A DNA stretch of 64,000 nt, taken from Candidatus Binatia bacterium. GTDB lineage: Bacteria > Desulfobacterota > Binatia > DP-6. Every line of letters starts with the position of its first letter. The stretch's first letter is position 1. Below, in pieces: positions 18,300 to 27,322 of the stretch. Below the pieces are notes generated by a model. The model worked only from the letters and a program-made list of their open reading frames with translations. It did not search any database and was not told the origin of the DNA. Location: NCBI GenBank assembly GCA_046327955.1, contig JAXLXP010000007.1, forward strand, positions 56,029 to 120,028, read 5' to 3'. The position numbers were made by a program, and so were the translations under genes.

Positions 18300-19279
18300 G
18301 CGCCGTACACACCTTCACGTCCTACCTCGGTCCCGACATTGCCGCCTACATCGCGCTGAAGCAGGCCCTCGGCCGCGGGTTCGCGCGCGAAACCGCCATC
18401 CTCGCCGATCTCGACGCGTTCCTGGCTGGTCAATCGTGCGACCTGGGTGCCGAGAGTTTCGCGGCGTGGTGTCTCACGATCGGGCGCCTGACGGCGACCG
18501 TCCGCCGCAACTGGATGCGGGTCGCACGCAATGTGTGCCTGTACCGCCGCCGCCAGGATCCCGGCTGCTTCGTCCCTGATCCGACCGGCTTTCCGGCACC
18601 CCATCCGCCGCGGCGACCGCATATCTTTACCAAGGACGAGGTGGCGCAGCTGCTGCGGGCTGCCGCGCGGCTGGCGCCGACGTCGACGTCGCCGCTCTAC
18701 GCCCCTGGGATGCGTCTCGCCGTGGTGCTGCTGTACACGACCGGCCTTCGTCGCGGCGAGCTGGTTCGCCTCCTCCTCTCCGATTACGATCCCGCTGCGC
18801 GCGCGCTCTTGATCCGCGCGTCGAAGTTCCACAAGTCGCGCGTCGTCGCGCTCTCGACCGACGCCACCCGTGAGCTGGAGGCGTTCCTGCGGAATCGCCA
18901 TCGTTGGCCGCATGCCCCTGGGGCGCCGCTGTTGGTGACCTGGCGACACAGTGGCGTGCGCCCGTACTCTGATGGTGGCCTCGGCCAGGCCCTGCGTCGC
19001 CTGTTCCGTGCCGCGGGAGTCCGGACCGCCGCAGACCGCCCGCCGCGGGTGCATGATCTGCGACACACGTATGCCGTCCACGCCCTCCTGCGCTGGTACC
19101 ACCAGGGCGTCGATGTCCAAGCCAAGCTACCGACCCTCGCGACGGCGATGGGCCACGTCTCGATCGCCTCGACCGCCTACTACCTCGCGCTGCTTCCCCC
19201 GGTTGCCGAAGCCGCCAATCAGCGCTTCGCACGACACTGCGCTCCGCTGCTCGCGGCGAGCCCGGGAGACGACCGATGA
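18296..19279 (+). CDS. ritB: Tyrosine recombinase, second of trio
   Basis: The ATG at 18296 overlaps the ritA stop (ATGA). ...GLRRGELVRL...HDLRHTYAVHAL...MGHVSIASTAYYL. Confidence 0.85.
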   Translation: MSAVHTFTSYLGPDIAAYIALKQALGRGFARETAILADLDAFLAGQSCDLGAESFAAWCLTIGRLTATVRRNWMRVARNVCLYRRRQDPGCFVPDPTGFPAPHPPRRPHIFTKDEVAQLLRAAARLAPTSTSPLYAPGMRLAVVLLYTTGLRRGELVRLLLSDYDPAARALLIRASKFHKSRVVALSTDATRELEAFLRNRHRWPHAPGAPLLVTWRHSGVRPYSDGGLGQALRRLFRAAGVRTAADRPPRVHDLRHTYAVHALLRWYHQGVDVQAKLPTLATAMGHVSIASTAYYLALLPPVAEAANQRFARHCAPLLAASPGDDR

Positions 19280-20292
19280 GCGCCGCGGCGCCCAATGCGC
19301 TTGCGCGGACCTTGCGGAGCTTCTTCGGAGATCATCTGCCGCGGGTCCGTGGGGTCAGCCCGCACACCATCCTCAGCTACCGGGACGCCTTCACGCTGCT
19401 CCTCCGGTTCCTCGCCGCGCACTGCGGGCGCGCCGTCGTCGACCTCGACCTCGTGGACCTCGAGCCCGACGCCGTGCTCACGTTCCTCCATCATCTCGAG
19501 GCCGAGCGCGGCAACGGCCCCTCGACGCGCAATGCGCGCCTCGCGGCCGTTCACGCGTTCGCCCGGTACGCGGCGACGAGCCAGCCTGAGCACCTCGAGC
19601 GCTGCCAGCGGTTGCTCGCCATCCCATTCAAGCGCGCCCGTCCCCGTGTGGTCGAGTACTTGGAGATGGAGGAGATGCGGGCGCTCCTCGCTGCGCCCGA
19701 CCCGCAGACCCCCGCCGGGCGCCGGGATCACGCGCTCCTGCTCGCGCTGTTCAACACGGGCGCCCGCGTGCAAGAAATCCTCGACGTCCGGCCGTGCGAC
19801 CTCCAGCTCGCCCGGCCGCTCCAAGTGCGGCTCCGCGGGAAGGGGCGTAAGGAGCGCGTCTGTCCCCTCTGGCCGCAGACCGCCGAGGTCTTCGCAGCGC
19901 TCCTCCGCGCGCAACGGCTCGCGCCCGACGCCATGCAGCCGCTCTTCCGCAGCGCGCGCGGCCAACCGCTGACCCGCTTCGGTGCGCGCTACCTCCTGCG
20001 CAAGTACGTCGCCCGTGTGCAATCGACGGTCCCGACCCTGACCACCAAGCGCGTGCACCCCCACACGCTGCGGCATACAACCGCCGTCCACCTGCTCCAG
20101 GCCGGCGTCGACCTCGTCACCATCAGCCACTGGCTGGGCCACGCCAGCGTCGAGACGACCAACCGCTACGCGGCCGTCGATCTCGAGATGAAGCGCGCGG
20201 CGATCGCGAAGGCCCATCCCGACGGCCTCGGCGACGTCAGCTCCGCCTGGCGGAGCGATGCCACGATCATGGACTGGCTGAAAGCCCTGTAA
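19276..20292 (+). CDS. ritC: Tyrosine recombinase, third of trio
   Basis: The ATG at 19276 overlaps the ritB stop (ATGA). ...GARVQEILDV...HTLRHTTAVHLLQAG...LGHASVETTNRYA. Confidence 0.85.
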   Translation: MSAAAPNALARTLRSFFGDHLPRVRGVSPHTILSYRDAFTLLLRFLAAHCGRAVVDLDLVDLEPDAVLTFLHHLEAERGNGPSTRNARLAAVHAFARYAATSQPEHLERCQRLLAIPFKRARPRVVEYLEMEEMRALLAAPDPQTPAGRRDHALLLALFNTGARVQEILDVRPCDLQLARPLQVRLRGKGRKERVCPLWPQTAEVFAALLRAQRLAPDAMQPLFRSARGQPLTRFGARYLLRKYVARVQSTVPTLTTKRVHPHTLRHTTAVHLLQAGVDLVTISHWLGHASVETTNRYAAVDLEMKRAAIAKAHPDGLGDVSSAWRSDATIMDWLKAL

Positions 20293-20348
20293 ACCGACCC
20301 GGTTATGTGGAGCTCTCGCCCCTCGAGTCCGCAGAATCGTGGCCCACC

Positions 20349-20389
20349 CGGCGGCGACGCCACATTACGAGGTGCTCCACATGAGTCGA
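20349..20389. repeat. RIT right inverted repeat (41 bp, perfect)
   Basis: CGGCGGCGACGCCACATTACGAGGTGCTCCACATGAGTCGA. Confidence 0.9.
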
Positions 20390-20885
20390 GGACGAGGAGC
20401 TGCACCTTGGCGAGGCGGCGCAGCGCGGTGAGGTAGGTGCCATCGGCGCGGGCCTGGGCCAGTTCATCATAGAGGCGCGACACGCGGCGGTAGGCGACGG
20501 TGAAGCCGTCCCGGCACGCCTTGTGGGCGAGCGCGCAGGCCACGTAGCTCTTCCCGACGCCGGTGGGGCCGGTGATGACCACGGTCTGGTGGGCGGCCAC
20601 CCAGCGGGAGGCGCTCAGCTCCTGCACGAGGGCCTTCGGGAGGCCGCGCGGGTGGCGGTAGTCGAGGTCTTCGACGCAGGCCGTGAGCTTGAGCTTCGCG
20701 GTCTTGAGGCGCGTGGTCAGCTTCCGGTTTTCGCGCGTGAGCCATTCCGCGTCGGCGAGGAGGCCCACGAGATCGAGCGGCGCGAGGAGCTCGCGGGGCG
20801 GCTGCGCTTGCCACTGGCGGAGCGCGGCGACCATGCCGTGGAGCTGGAGCGCGGTCAGTTTGTCGAGTGTGGGTTCGAGCAGCAT
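20385..20885 (-). pseudogene. istB: istB, 5' part
   Basis: AAGGAGG then ATG at 20885: MLLEPTLDKLTALQLHGMVAALRQW...VVITGPTGVGKSYVACALAHKA (Walker A)...LAKVQLLVLD, then the RIT end. Confidence 0.85.
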
Positions 20886-20982
20886 GGGGATCCTCCTTGG
20901 GCGCGGTGACGACCGCGCGGGTCGAGGGCTCGATGCCATCCCCCACCGCCGAGAGCCCGTGTCGGCGGCGGAGAGTGGCGCG

Positions 20983-22524
20983 TCAATGGTAGTACTTGGC
21001 GCCGCGGACGTTGGCGTGGAGCGGGAGCGGCGGGGGCTCGGCCTCGGTCGGCAGCGGCTCGGCGTCGCGATGATGACGGAGGATTGCGACGACGCTCTTG
21101 TACGAGCACGCGCGGAAGTGAAGCGCGCGGGCACAGGCCCGTTCGAGCCGCGCGCCCGGGTAGTGCTTGGCGAGCCGCATGATCCCGAGGCACGCCCGGT
21201 AGCCCTGCTCGGGGTGCGGCCGCTGCTCCATGATCGCGGCGAAGAGCGCGGCGGTGCCAGGGCCGACGGTGGCCCCCCACCCGATGAGCCGGGACGGCGT
21301 CCACTCCAGATGGGCCCGGTGCGCCGCCGGCATGTGCGCCGCCTCGGTGGTCGGGTGGTGGCGGATGTGGCTGCGCAGATGGCTCGCGACCCGACGGCCG
21401 TCGTGGAAGAGTTCGACGGTGGTCGCCGTCGCCCGCAGGTCGAGGACTTCGCCGCGGAGCTGGTACGGGACGCTGTAGTAGTGGTCCTCGAAGGCGACGT
21501 GGTAGTCGATACTCACCTTCGGGCGCGCCCAGACGGCGTAGACGTACGGCGTGGCCGGCAGCGGCCGCAGCGCGGCGCGTTCCACGGCCTCGAAGAGCTG
21601 GCGGCGCGACTGGCCCAGCCGGCGCAGTGGCCGGGCGTTCAGCCGCTCCTGCAGCGGGACGATGGCGTCGTGGAGGTCCGCGAGCGAGGGGAAGACGCGA
21701 TCGCGGAGGACCGCGAGGATCCACCGCTCCGCGAGGAGCACGGCCTGCTCGACCTTCGCCTTGTCGCGCGGCTTGTACGGCCGCGCCGGCAAGACCGCGG
21801 TGCCGTAGTGCTGTGCCAGCTCGGCGTAGGTCGGGTTGAGTTCCGGGTCGTAGTAGCACGGCCGCGCGACGCCGGCCTTCGTGTTGTCGGGCACCAGCGC
21901 CGCCGGCACGCCGCCAAAGTACCTGAAGGCGTTGACGTGGCAGGTGATCCACGTCGCCAAGTCCTGGTGGAGCACGGGCTCGACGTACGTGAGGTTGCTC
22001 GCGCCGAGCACCAGCACGAAGAGGACGGCGGTCGTTCGCGCGCCCGTGATCGGATCGACGAGCGTGAGCCCGTCGCCGCTGAAATCGACGAAGCCTTTCG
22101 CCCCGGCGCGGTGGGTCTGCCGCAGCGTCACGGGCAGCGTGCGCGCCCACACCGCGTAGCGGGCGCAGAACTGGCTGTACTGGTAGCCGTCGGGCTCGCG
22201 CTCCCGGTACTCCTGCCAGACGAGCAGCTTGGTCACGTGCGGGCGGTGCAGCTCTTGGTGGATCGCTGCCCAGTCGGGCTCGGGGCGGGCCCGCACCGGC
22301 TGCCCCTCGCTCGGAAAGAGCAGCCGGGTCAGCGCCGCATCGTCGTCGAGCTCCGGTGGTAACGGCCACACGAGCTTCGCGACCGCGATCCGGCCGAGAT
22401 AGCCGCTCACCGTGCTCACCGAGAGCCGACAGCTCCGGGCGATCGCCCGGGCCGGGAGCCCGACGTCCAGCCGGAGTCGGAGCACTTCGCGGAGTTTGCG
22501 CATGGGAATCCTCTCTGCCGCCAT
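20983..22524 (-). CDS. istA: IS21-family transposase IstA
   Basis: AGGAGG then ATG at 22524: MAAERIPMRKLREVLRLRLDVGLPARAIARSCRLSVSTVSGYL (HTH), followed by a DDE core. The track ORF starts 6 nt upstream at a GTG. Confidence 0.85.
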   Translation of the reverse strand: MAAERIPMRKLREVLRLRLDVGLPARAIARSCRLSVSTVSGYLGRIAVAKLVWPLPPELDDDAALTRLLFPSEGQPVRARPEPDWAAIHQELHRPHVTKLLVWQEYREREPDGYQYSQFCARYAVWARTLPVTLRQTHRAGAKGFVDFSGDGLTLVDPITGARTTAVLFVLVLGASNLTYVEPVLHQDLATWITCHVNAFRYFGGVPAALVPDNTKAGVARPCYYDPELNPTYAELAQHYGTAVLPARPYKPRDKAKVEQAVLLAERWILAVLRDRVFPSLADLHDAIVPLQERLNARPLRRLGQSRRQLFEAVERAALRPLPATPYVYAVWARPKVSIDYHVAFEDHYYSVPYQLRGEVLDLRATATTVELFHDGRRVASHLRSHIRHHPTTEAAHMPAAHRAHLEWTPSRLIGWGATVGPGTAALFAAIMEQRPHPEQGYRACLGIMRLAKHYPGARLERACARALHFRACSYKSVVAILRHHRDAEPLPTEAEPPPLPLHANVRGAKYYH

Positions 22525-22625
22525 CACCACCTCCTGGTGGCGGTAGGCGGGCGGGAATCCCCCGCGCCGTCAACGTGCCGGGTGACCGCCGCCGCGCGTC
22601 AGCCCGTCAGGCTGTTCGCACGGCC

Positions 22626-22705
22626 CGGAATCGGTGTTCGGCTTGCGTCGGAATGGGTGTTCGGCTTGCCCCGGAATCGGTGTTCGGAATGGCCCGGTGC
22701 ACGCA
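22626..22705. repeat. IS21-family right-end reiterated sites (3 direct copies, 23-bp period) plus terminal IR
   Basis: CGGAATCGGTGTTCGGCTTGC at 22626, CGGAATGGGTGTTCGGCTTGC at 22649, CGGAATCGGTGTTCGG at 22672, then ...GGTGCACGCA ending at 22705. Confidence 0.75.
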
Positions 22706-22711
22706 GACAGC
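22706..22711. repeat. Target-site duplication GACAGC (right copy)
   Basis: See 16557-16562. Confidence 0.75.
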
Positions 22712-22765
22712 CAGAGCGCGTCGGCATCCTCTTGGATGTCCACGTCGGGGACGTACCACCGTCCG
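22712..22765 (-). pseudogene. Hsp20 gene, 5' remnant
   Basis: The minus-strand translation next to the IS reads GRWYVPDVDIQEDADALW, the WxPxVDIxE motif of Hsp20. It joins in frame to LSTDMPG on the other side of the IS. No clean start codon lies upstream, so the remnant is degenerate. Confidence 0.5.
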
Positions 22766-22987
22766 GCGTTCCTTCCTCCGCCTGGAGCTCCTGCTTGTCC
22801 CGCATGCCTTGTTCCCCTCCCATGTTGCGGTCACGCCAGCTGAACTCGGCTTGGCCCCCGCGACCGGCCGGACCCGCAGCGTCATTCACGATCGTCACGT
22901 CGTGCTCATCGTGGTCGAGCTGACCGCAGTGCTGGCCGGCCGGTACTAGCCGGGCGAGGCGGGATGCGAGCCGACGGAAGGGCTATA

Positions 22988-24091
22988 CTATCGCTTCCGC
23001 TTTGATACCCCCGGCGAAGGCCTACGTCTGGTGCCTAACAATGACATTTCCCTGCTTTTGATCCACCTTGCGATCACGCCCTGATCACTGCCAAGTCGAC
23101 GACTGATGTCCCCGATGGACAGTTCTTCCGCGTAGAGTCGCACCGCTTCCGCCTTCCGTTCGCGATAGCCTTGGGTCCGACAAGCGGGCCGGCAGAAGCT
23201 CTTGTCAGCACGCGAGATCCCCGGCGAAAGCTCAAACCACCTCTGGCAGGCCTGGCACTTTCGATAGCGTCTATTGCCCGCGAGCGCGAGCGCAAACTGG
23301 ACCCACAGTGCGCCGAGGAGGTTGCCGGGAACCTGATGGATCGCCAGGTGGCCCTCGCGATCCCAAAGTAGACGAGAGTGTACTTGGGCCAAGTGCCGGT
23401 TGACGACCCGTTGAAGGTAGTACTGTGCGGGTTTTATGAGGTCACCGGGCGCAAACTCCGCTAGCAGCTCTGGAAAGACGCCATCGGTTGCAATATGCTC
23501 CCAGTGGGCCGTCCCTTCCTTGTCTGGCTCGCCGCTGTATTCAACCCCCGTCCGCCCGCGCCAATGAATGAAGCAACCCAGCCCCGGGATGTCCCTCTTT
23601 TGTACCAGGTCCCGAAGAAGCAGCGCCTCACGCATCGTGTGAATCTCAATGCGCCAGAGCTCGATCGGTTCTCCATGGCCTAACTGTCGGTCGCCGGATG
23701 AGTCTTGTTGCTTCAAATCGATGAGCGGCCCGTCGCGTCCCAACAACGAACCGTACTGATTGGCGAAGCCAAGCATCGATTCCTCGGTCGGGGCCAGCGC
23801 CGCGAAGGTCTGGAACAGCACCGTGTGGCTCCACAGCGGAGCGTAGCGGATGGCGGGGATCCCGCCCGTGCCCGATGGTATCCCGTCGGTCAGGAATAGC
23901 CTCGCCTTCGCTTCTTCCTCGGCGAGACAGTGGGTAGCGTGCTCTGTCTCGGTTGCATTTGGGCCGAGCGGCGGAGGCGCCTCAGGTTGATGAATCCGTT
24001 TCGTCGTAAGCCACCTGTAGCCGGCCTTGGGGACGGTCCATGCGAAGTCAAAGGCGTCCCAGCGGAGCTCATCCTGACCACAGTGACGCAT
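22988..24091 (-). CDS. Hypothetical protein with C-terminal Zn-ribbon (CQACQRWF...FCRPACRTQGYRERK) and HTH (IGDISRRLGSDQGVIARWIK)
   Basis: 367-aa ORF in a visibly lower-GC stretch, divergent from the terminase genes. No family recognised for the N-terminal ~280 aa. Confidence 0.6.
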   Translation of the reverse strand: MRHCGQDELRWDAFDFAWTVPKAGYRWLTTKRIHQPEAPPPLGPNATETEHATHCLAEEEAKARLFLTDGIPSGTGGIPAIRYAPLWSHTVLFQTFAALAPTEESMLGFANQYGSLLGRDGPLIDLKQQDSSGDRQLGHGEPIELWRIEIHTMREALLLRDLVQKRDIPGLGCFIHWRGRTGVEYSGEPDKEGTAHWEHIATDGVFPELLAEFAPGDLIKPAQYYLQRVVNRHLAQVHSRLLWDREGHLAIHQVPGNLLGALWVQFALALAGNRRYRKCQACQRWFELSPGISRADKSFCRPACRTQGYRERKAEAVRLYAEELSIGDISRRLGSDQGVIARWIKSREMSLLGTRRRPSPGVSKRKR

Positions 24092-24232
24092 ACGTGGCGA
24101 TTATATATCAGCTATGGCCGAAAGGGCAACAAATACTGGTTGCATAGACACGATTAAGATGCTACTAGCCGTCACATCTTATGACAGCCCAAATTGCGGG
24201 GCGACAGGTCCATCAAATCCACTACTAACGCT

Positions 24233-24763
24233 ATGCCCCGCACGTGCACCATCTGTCGGCATCCCGAACATGGGCAGATCGACGTCGCCCTCGTGTCTGG
24301 GCGCGGCACGCTTCGAGGCTTAGGTAACACCTATGCCCTCTCGGCTTCCGCCCTGCGCCGCCACCGGGCCGCCCATCTACCCGAGGTCCTGATCAAGGGG
24401 AAGTCGCTCGACGACATCGCCACCGCAGAGTCGCTGGTCGATCAGGTCCGAACGCTCAGGGCCCGCATCCTCGCTCTCCTCGCCAAGGCCGAGACCGACG
24501 GCGACCACAAGACGCAACTCGCCGCTCTTCGCGAGCTGCGCGCGCTCGCGGAACTCGAAGCTCGCGGCGCCGATCGCGACGCGACTGTGATTCATGTGTC
24601 CGTCGTCCAGCAATACGTTCACCGCGTCATCGAGGTTGTCCGTGAGTTTGTGCCGCCCGAGCACTACGATGAAGCGATCGCACGAATCCAGGCAGCGGCC
24701 CACCGCGAGCCGGGCGACGTGACTCCGAGCCGCCCCATCCTGCCAGGCACCGGTAGCAACTGA
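24233..24763 (+). CDS. Phage small-terminase-like / DNA-binding protein (Zn-finger CTICRH plus coiled coil)
   Basis: ATG at 24233: MPRTCTICRHPEHGQIDVALVSGRGTLRGLGNTYALSASALRRHRAAHL. Its position immediately upstream of the large terminase supports the call. The start is uncertain (TTG at 24194 in the track). Confidence 0.45.
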   Translation: MPRTCTICRHPEHGQIDVALVSGRGTLRGLGNTYALSASALRRHRAAHLPEVLIKGKSLDDIATAESLVDQVRTLRARILALLAKAETDGDHKTQLAALRELRALAELEARGADRDATVIHVSVVQQYVHRVIEVVREFVPPEHYDEAIARIQAAAHREPGDVTPSRPILPGTGSN

Positions 24764-24797
24764 ACGCGGGAAGCTCACATCCGGAGGGGGAGGGAAA

Positions 24798-26903
24798 ATG
24801 AGGAAGCTTCCGGACGTCCATGGGAATGCGAAGCCTGCCAACCTGCGACAGCTCGCCCGACTGTCGGAGCTGACACGCCTCGCGGCTACCGCGACCAGCG
24901 CAGACTCCCGCGGGGTGGAAACCGCTCGCCAGCTAACCTTCCTGGACTGGGTCATTCGCGGCAGCTTCGTGGCGGACCGCGAACGGGTCAACTTCGCCGT
25001 CTGGCGCTACCTGCGTGCGATCTACGGGGCGGTGCCCAAGGACCCGACGGGTCTCGACATGGTGATCATGAAGCCGTCGCAGGCGGGCGCGACCATCTTC
25101 GGCATGCTCTTCTGTCTGTGGCTCACGCTGCGGATGCGGTGCCAGGGCGCCTACTTCCTGCCGACCGCCGACATGGCGCTCAAGTTCAGCCAGAACCGCT
25201 TCATCCGCCTCGCGCGGGATAACGACCCGATTCACAAGCTGATGGGCGACCCGGCGAGCCCCCATGAGCACCGGATCGTCGACGAAGGCTCCGCGAGCGT
25301 GCGCCGGATTCTCCAGAGCATTCTCTATTTCAGCTACATGGGAGGGGCCATTTCGACGGAGTCACTCCCCCTCGACTTCCTCGTGCTCGATGAGGTCCAG
25401 GAGATGCTCCTCGAGGATATCCAGAAGGCTGAGGAGCGCCTCTCTGCCTCGACGCTGCGCGCGGTGCTCCGCATGAGCACGGCGAACTTTGCCGGCGCCG
25501 ACGTGCACTACTACTACGAGCGGAGTGATCAGCGGGAGTTTCACACGCGCTGCCGCTGCACGTGCGAGAAGTGCGGCAACCCGGGCATCGTGCTCACCGA
25601 GTGCTGGGATTCCCGGCTCGGGCCGCTCTGCATCAAGGATGAGGGCGGCGCCGTGTACTACCAGTGCCCGCGCTGCACCATGGTCCTCGAGAACGTGCAG
25701 GACGGCGCGTTCTACCCCCACAATCCGGGTGCGCGGCGCATCGGGTTCCACTGGGGGCAGATGCTCTCGCCACGGCAGAGCGCGCGCGACATCCTGGAGA
25801 AGTGGCGCAACAGCCCCGACACGGGGACGTTTTACCGCCGCGTGCTGGGGCTGCCGTACGCCGACCCGGCCACGCTCCCGGTGACGCAGGCGCACCTCGC
25901 GGCCGCGCAGCGGCCGGAGCTGCGCTGGGGACTACCCGCGGTGCCGCGCGCGCTCGACGGGACGTTCATGGGCGTCGACCAGATGGGCCAGGTGAACTAC
26001 TGCGTCCTGAAGGGCCGGGACGCGCAGACGGGGCGCCAGCAGCTCCTCCATCTTGAGGTCATCCAAGCCGAGGACCCTTGGGAGAGGTGCGCGGCGCTGA
26101 TGCACGAGTACCGCGTGACCATCTGCGCGACGGAGGCGCTCCCGAATTTCAACGAGGCGTTCCGGTTCGCGAAGCGCTTCAACGGCAAAGTGTTCGTGGT
26201 CGACTACGCGGACCTAGCTGACGAGCTGGTGCTCTGGGGCGACCGCCCGAAGGACAAGGTGACGGTGCGGCGGACCGACCAGGAGGCGCGCCTCCGCTAC
26301 GTGGCGCGCGTCGACCAGTTCCGGATGATGAGTTGGTCGCTCGGGCGCTGGTCGAATCTGCTCGTCGACACGCCCGACGCCCGGACGCTCCTGCAGTCGG
26401 TGCGCACGCCCGAGGGCGTCGCCGTCCGCCAGGTCTGCCGCGACCTCTTCTGGTTACATCTCCAACGCGTGGCGCTGGTCACCGAGCTGCGCGAGGGGAA
26501 GACGGACGAACGCCGCTTCCGGCGCGCGGTCAAGAAGGTCGGCATCGACCCGCACTTTGCGTTCGCGAACATGCTCTGTGATGTCGCCTGGGTGCGGGCC
26601 CACGGCACCGAGATGCTCCTCGGGACCCAGGACACGGGGCGCATTTTGATCGATCCCCCAGGACCGCTGCGGAATACGTCCTACCTGGAGCAGATTGTGG
26701 AGGGGTTGCCTGAGGTCTTTGCCGGCGCGGGCATGCGGATGCTCTCGCCGATCAGCCGCGACGCGAACGCGCCAGCGTGCGGCAGCTGCTGGAACCGGGA
26801 CAAGGAGACGAATTACTGCCGCGCGAGGTACTGGACCGTGCAGCCCGAGCAACCGCCGTGCGCGGCGTACGCGCCGGAGGAGGAGGCGCCGACGTATCCA
26901 TGA
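24798..26903 (+). CDS. Phage terminase large subunit, GpA (lambda-type) family
   Basis: GGAGGGGGAGGG RBS. 701 aa. Walker A-like MKPSQAGATI, Walker B FLVLDEVQE, and an internal Zn-ribbon CTCEKCGN...YQCPRC typical of Terminase_GpA. Confidence 0.8.
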   Translation: MRKLPDVHGNAKPANLRQLARLSELTRLAATATSADSRGVETARQLTFLDWVIRGSFVADRERVNFAVWRYLRAIYGAVPKDPTGLDMVIMKPSQAGATIFGMLFCLWLTLRMRCQGAYFLPTADMALKFSQNRFIRLARDNDPIHKLMGDPASPHEHRIVDEGSASVRRILQSILYFSYMGGAISTESLPLDFLVLDEVQEMLLEDIQKAEERLSASTLRAVLRMSTANFAGADVHYYYERSDQREFHTRCRCTCEKCGNPGIVLTECWDSRLGPLCIKDEGGAVYYQCPRCTMVLENVQDGAFYPHNPGARRIGFHWGQMLSPRQSARDILEKWRNSPDTGTFYRRVLGLPYADPATLPVTQAHLAAAQRPELRWGLPAVPRALDGTFMGVDQMGQVNYCVLKGRDAQTGRQQLLHLEVIQAEDPWERCAALMHEYRVTICATEALPNFNEAFRFAKRFNGKVFVVDYADLADELVLWGDRPKDKVTVRRTDQEARLRYVARVDQFRMMSWSLGRWSNLLVDTPDARTLLQSVRTPEGVAVRQVCRDLFWLHLQRVALVTELREGKTDERRFRRAVKKVGIDPHFAFANMLCDVAWVRAHGTEMLLGTQDTGRILIDPPGPLRNTSYLEQIVEGLPEVFAGAGMRMLSPISRDANAPACGSCWNRDKETNYCRARYWTVQPEQPPCAAYAPEEEAPTYP

Positions 26904-27103
26904 CCGCCAGAGCGTGGGGTCCGCAGGTCACGACGGAGCCGACGACGAGCAGGGGGGAGGCGTAGGTCAGGACGAGAGCTAACCTCAATGTGACAGAAGC
27001 CAGCACTAGCAAAGTGGCATGGTAGGGACAAAAGGGGCTTCCGTTGTGGTAGAGTCGCGGTCGCGAAGCCAGCGAAACCACCCTTAACGAAAGGCCATTC
27101 CCA

Positions 27104-27307
27104 ATGCTGTGGAGAAAAGCGGATTTGCGGGGCCGGGTCAATGGGGATCTGACACTCCGGTTCGGGCACGGCGGGCTGACGTCTTACGCGGGACTCGAGT
27201 TCGTGCGGCGGTACTTCGACGCGCTCGGCTTGGTGCGGCTGGTGCGGCGCGAGTTGGCGACCGCCGTGCCGCGCACCGACTTCAGGGTAACCGCGATGGT
27301 ACTGTGA
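27104..27307 (+). pseudogene. N-terminal fragment of an IS1380/IS4-superfamily DDE transposase
   Basis: Only 67 aa: ...DLTLRFGHGGLTSYAGLEFVRRYFDALGLVRLV, the typical transposase N-terminal pattern. No DDE domain follows. Confidence 0.45.
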
Positions 27308-27322
27308 GCCGTCGCCCGCCGC

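Larger units (their letters stand above)
16920..20389 (+). mobile_element. Recombinase-in-trio (RIT) element: three overlapping tyrosine recombinase genes flanked by long inverted repeats, inserted in istB
   Basis: Three tandem Tyr-recombinase ORFs joined by ATGA overlaps. Perfect 41-bp IRs, extended imperfectly to ~90 bp. The hexamer GTCGAG is present at both junctions (16914-16919 and 20385-20390), so the exact ends are ambiguous within it. Removing the element restores the IstB motif LLVLDDFGLEPL. Confidence 0.85.
16563..22705 (-). mobile_element. IS21-family insertion sequence (istA-istB) carrying a nested RIT element; about 2.67 kb without the insert
   Basis: Imperfect terminal IRs (TGCGTATACCGGCC... 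versus ...GGCCCGGTGCACGCA). Multiple subterminal repeats at both ends. 6-bp TSD. IstA and IstB reading frames. Rejoining the flanks restores an Hsp20 frame (…DADALW-LSTDMPG…). Confidence 0.85.

Noticed and set aside
22626-22705. Three direct repeats with a 23-bp period, considered as a possible mini-CRISPR array.
   Set aside because: The repeats abut each other without spacers. They have inverted counterparts at 16563-16640 and sit at the end of an IS21-family element. They are transposase-binding terminal repeats.
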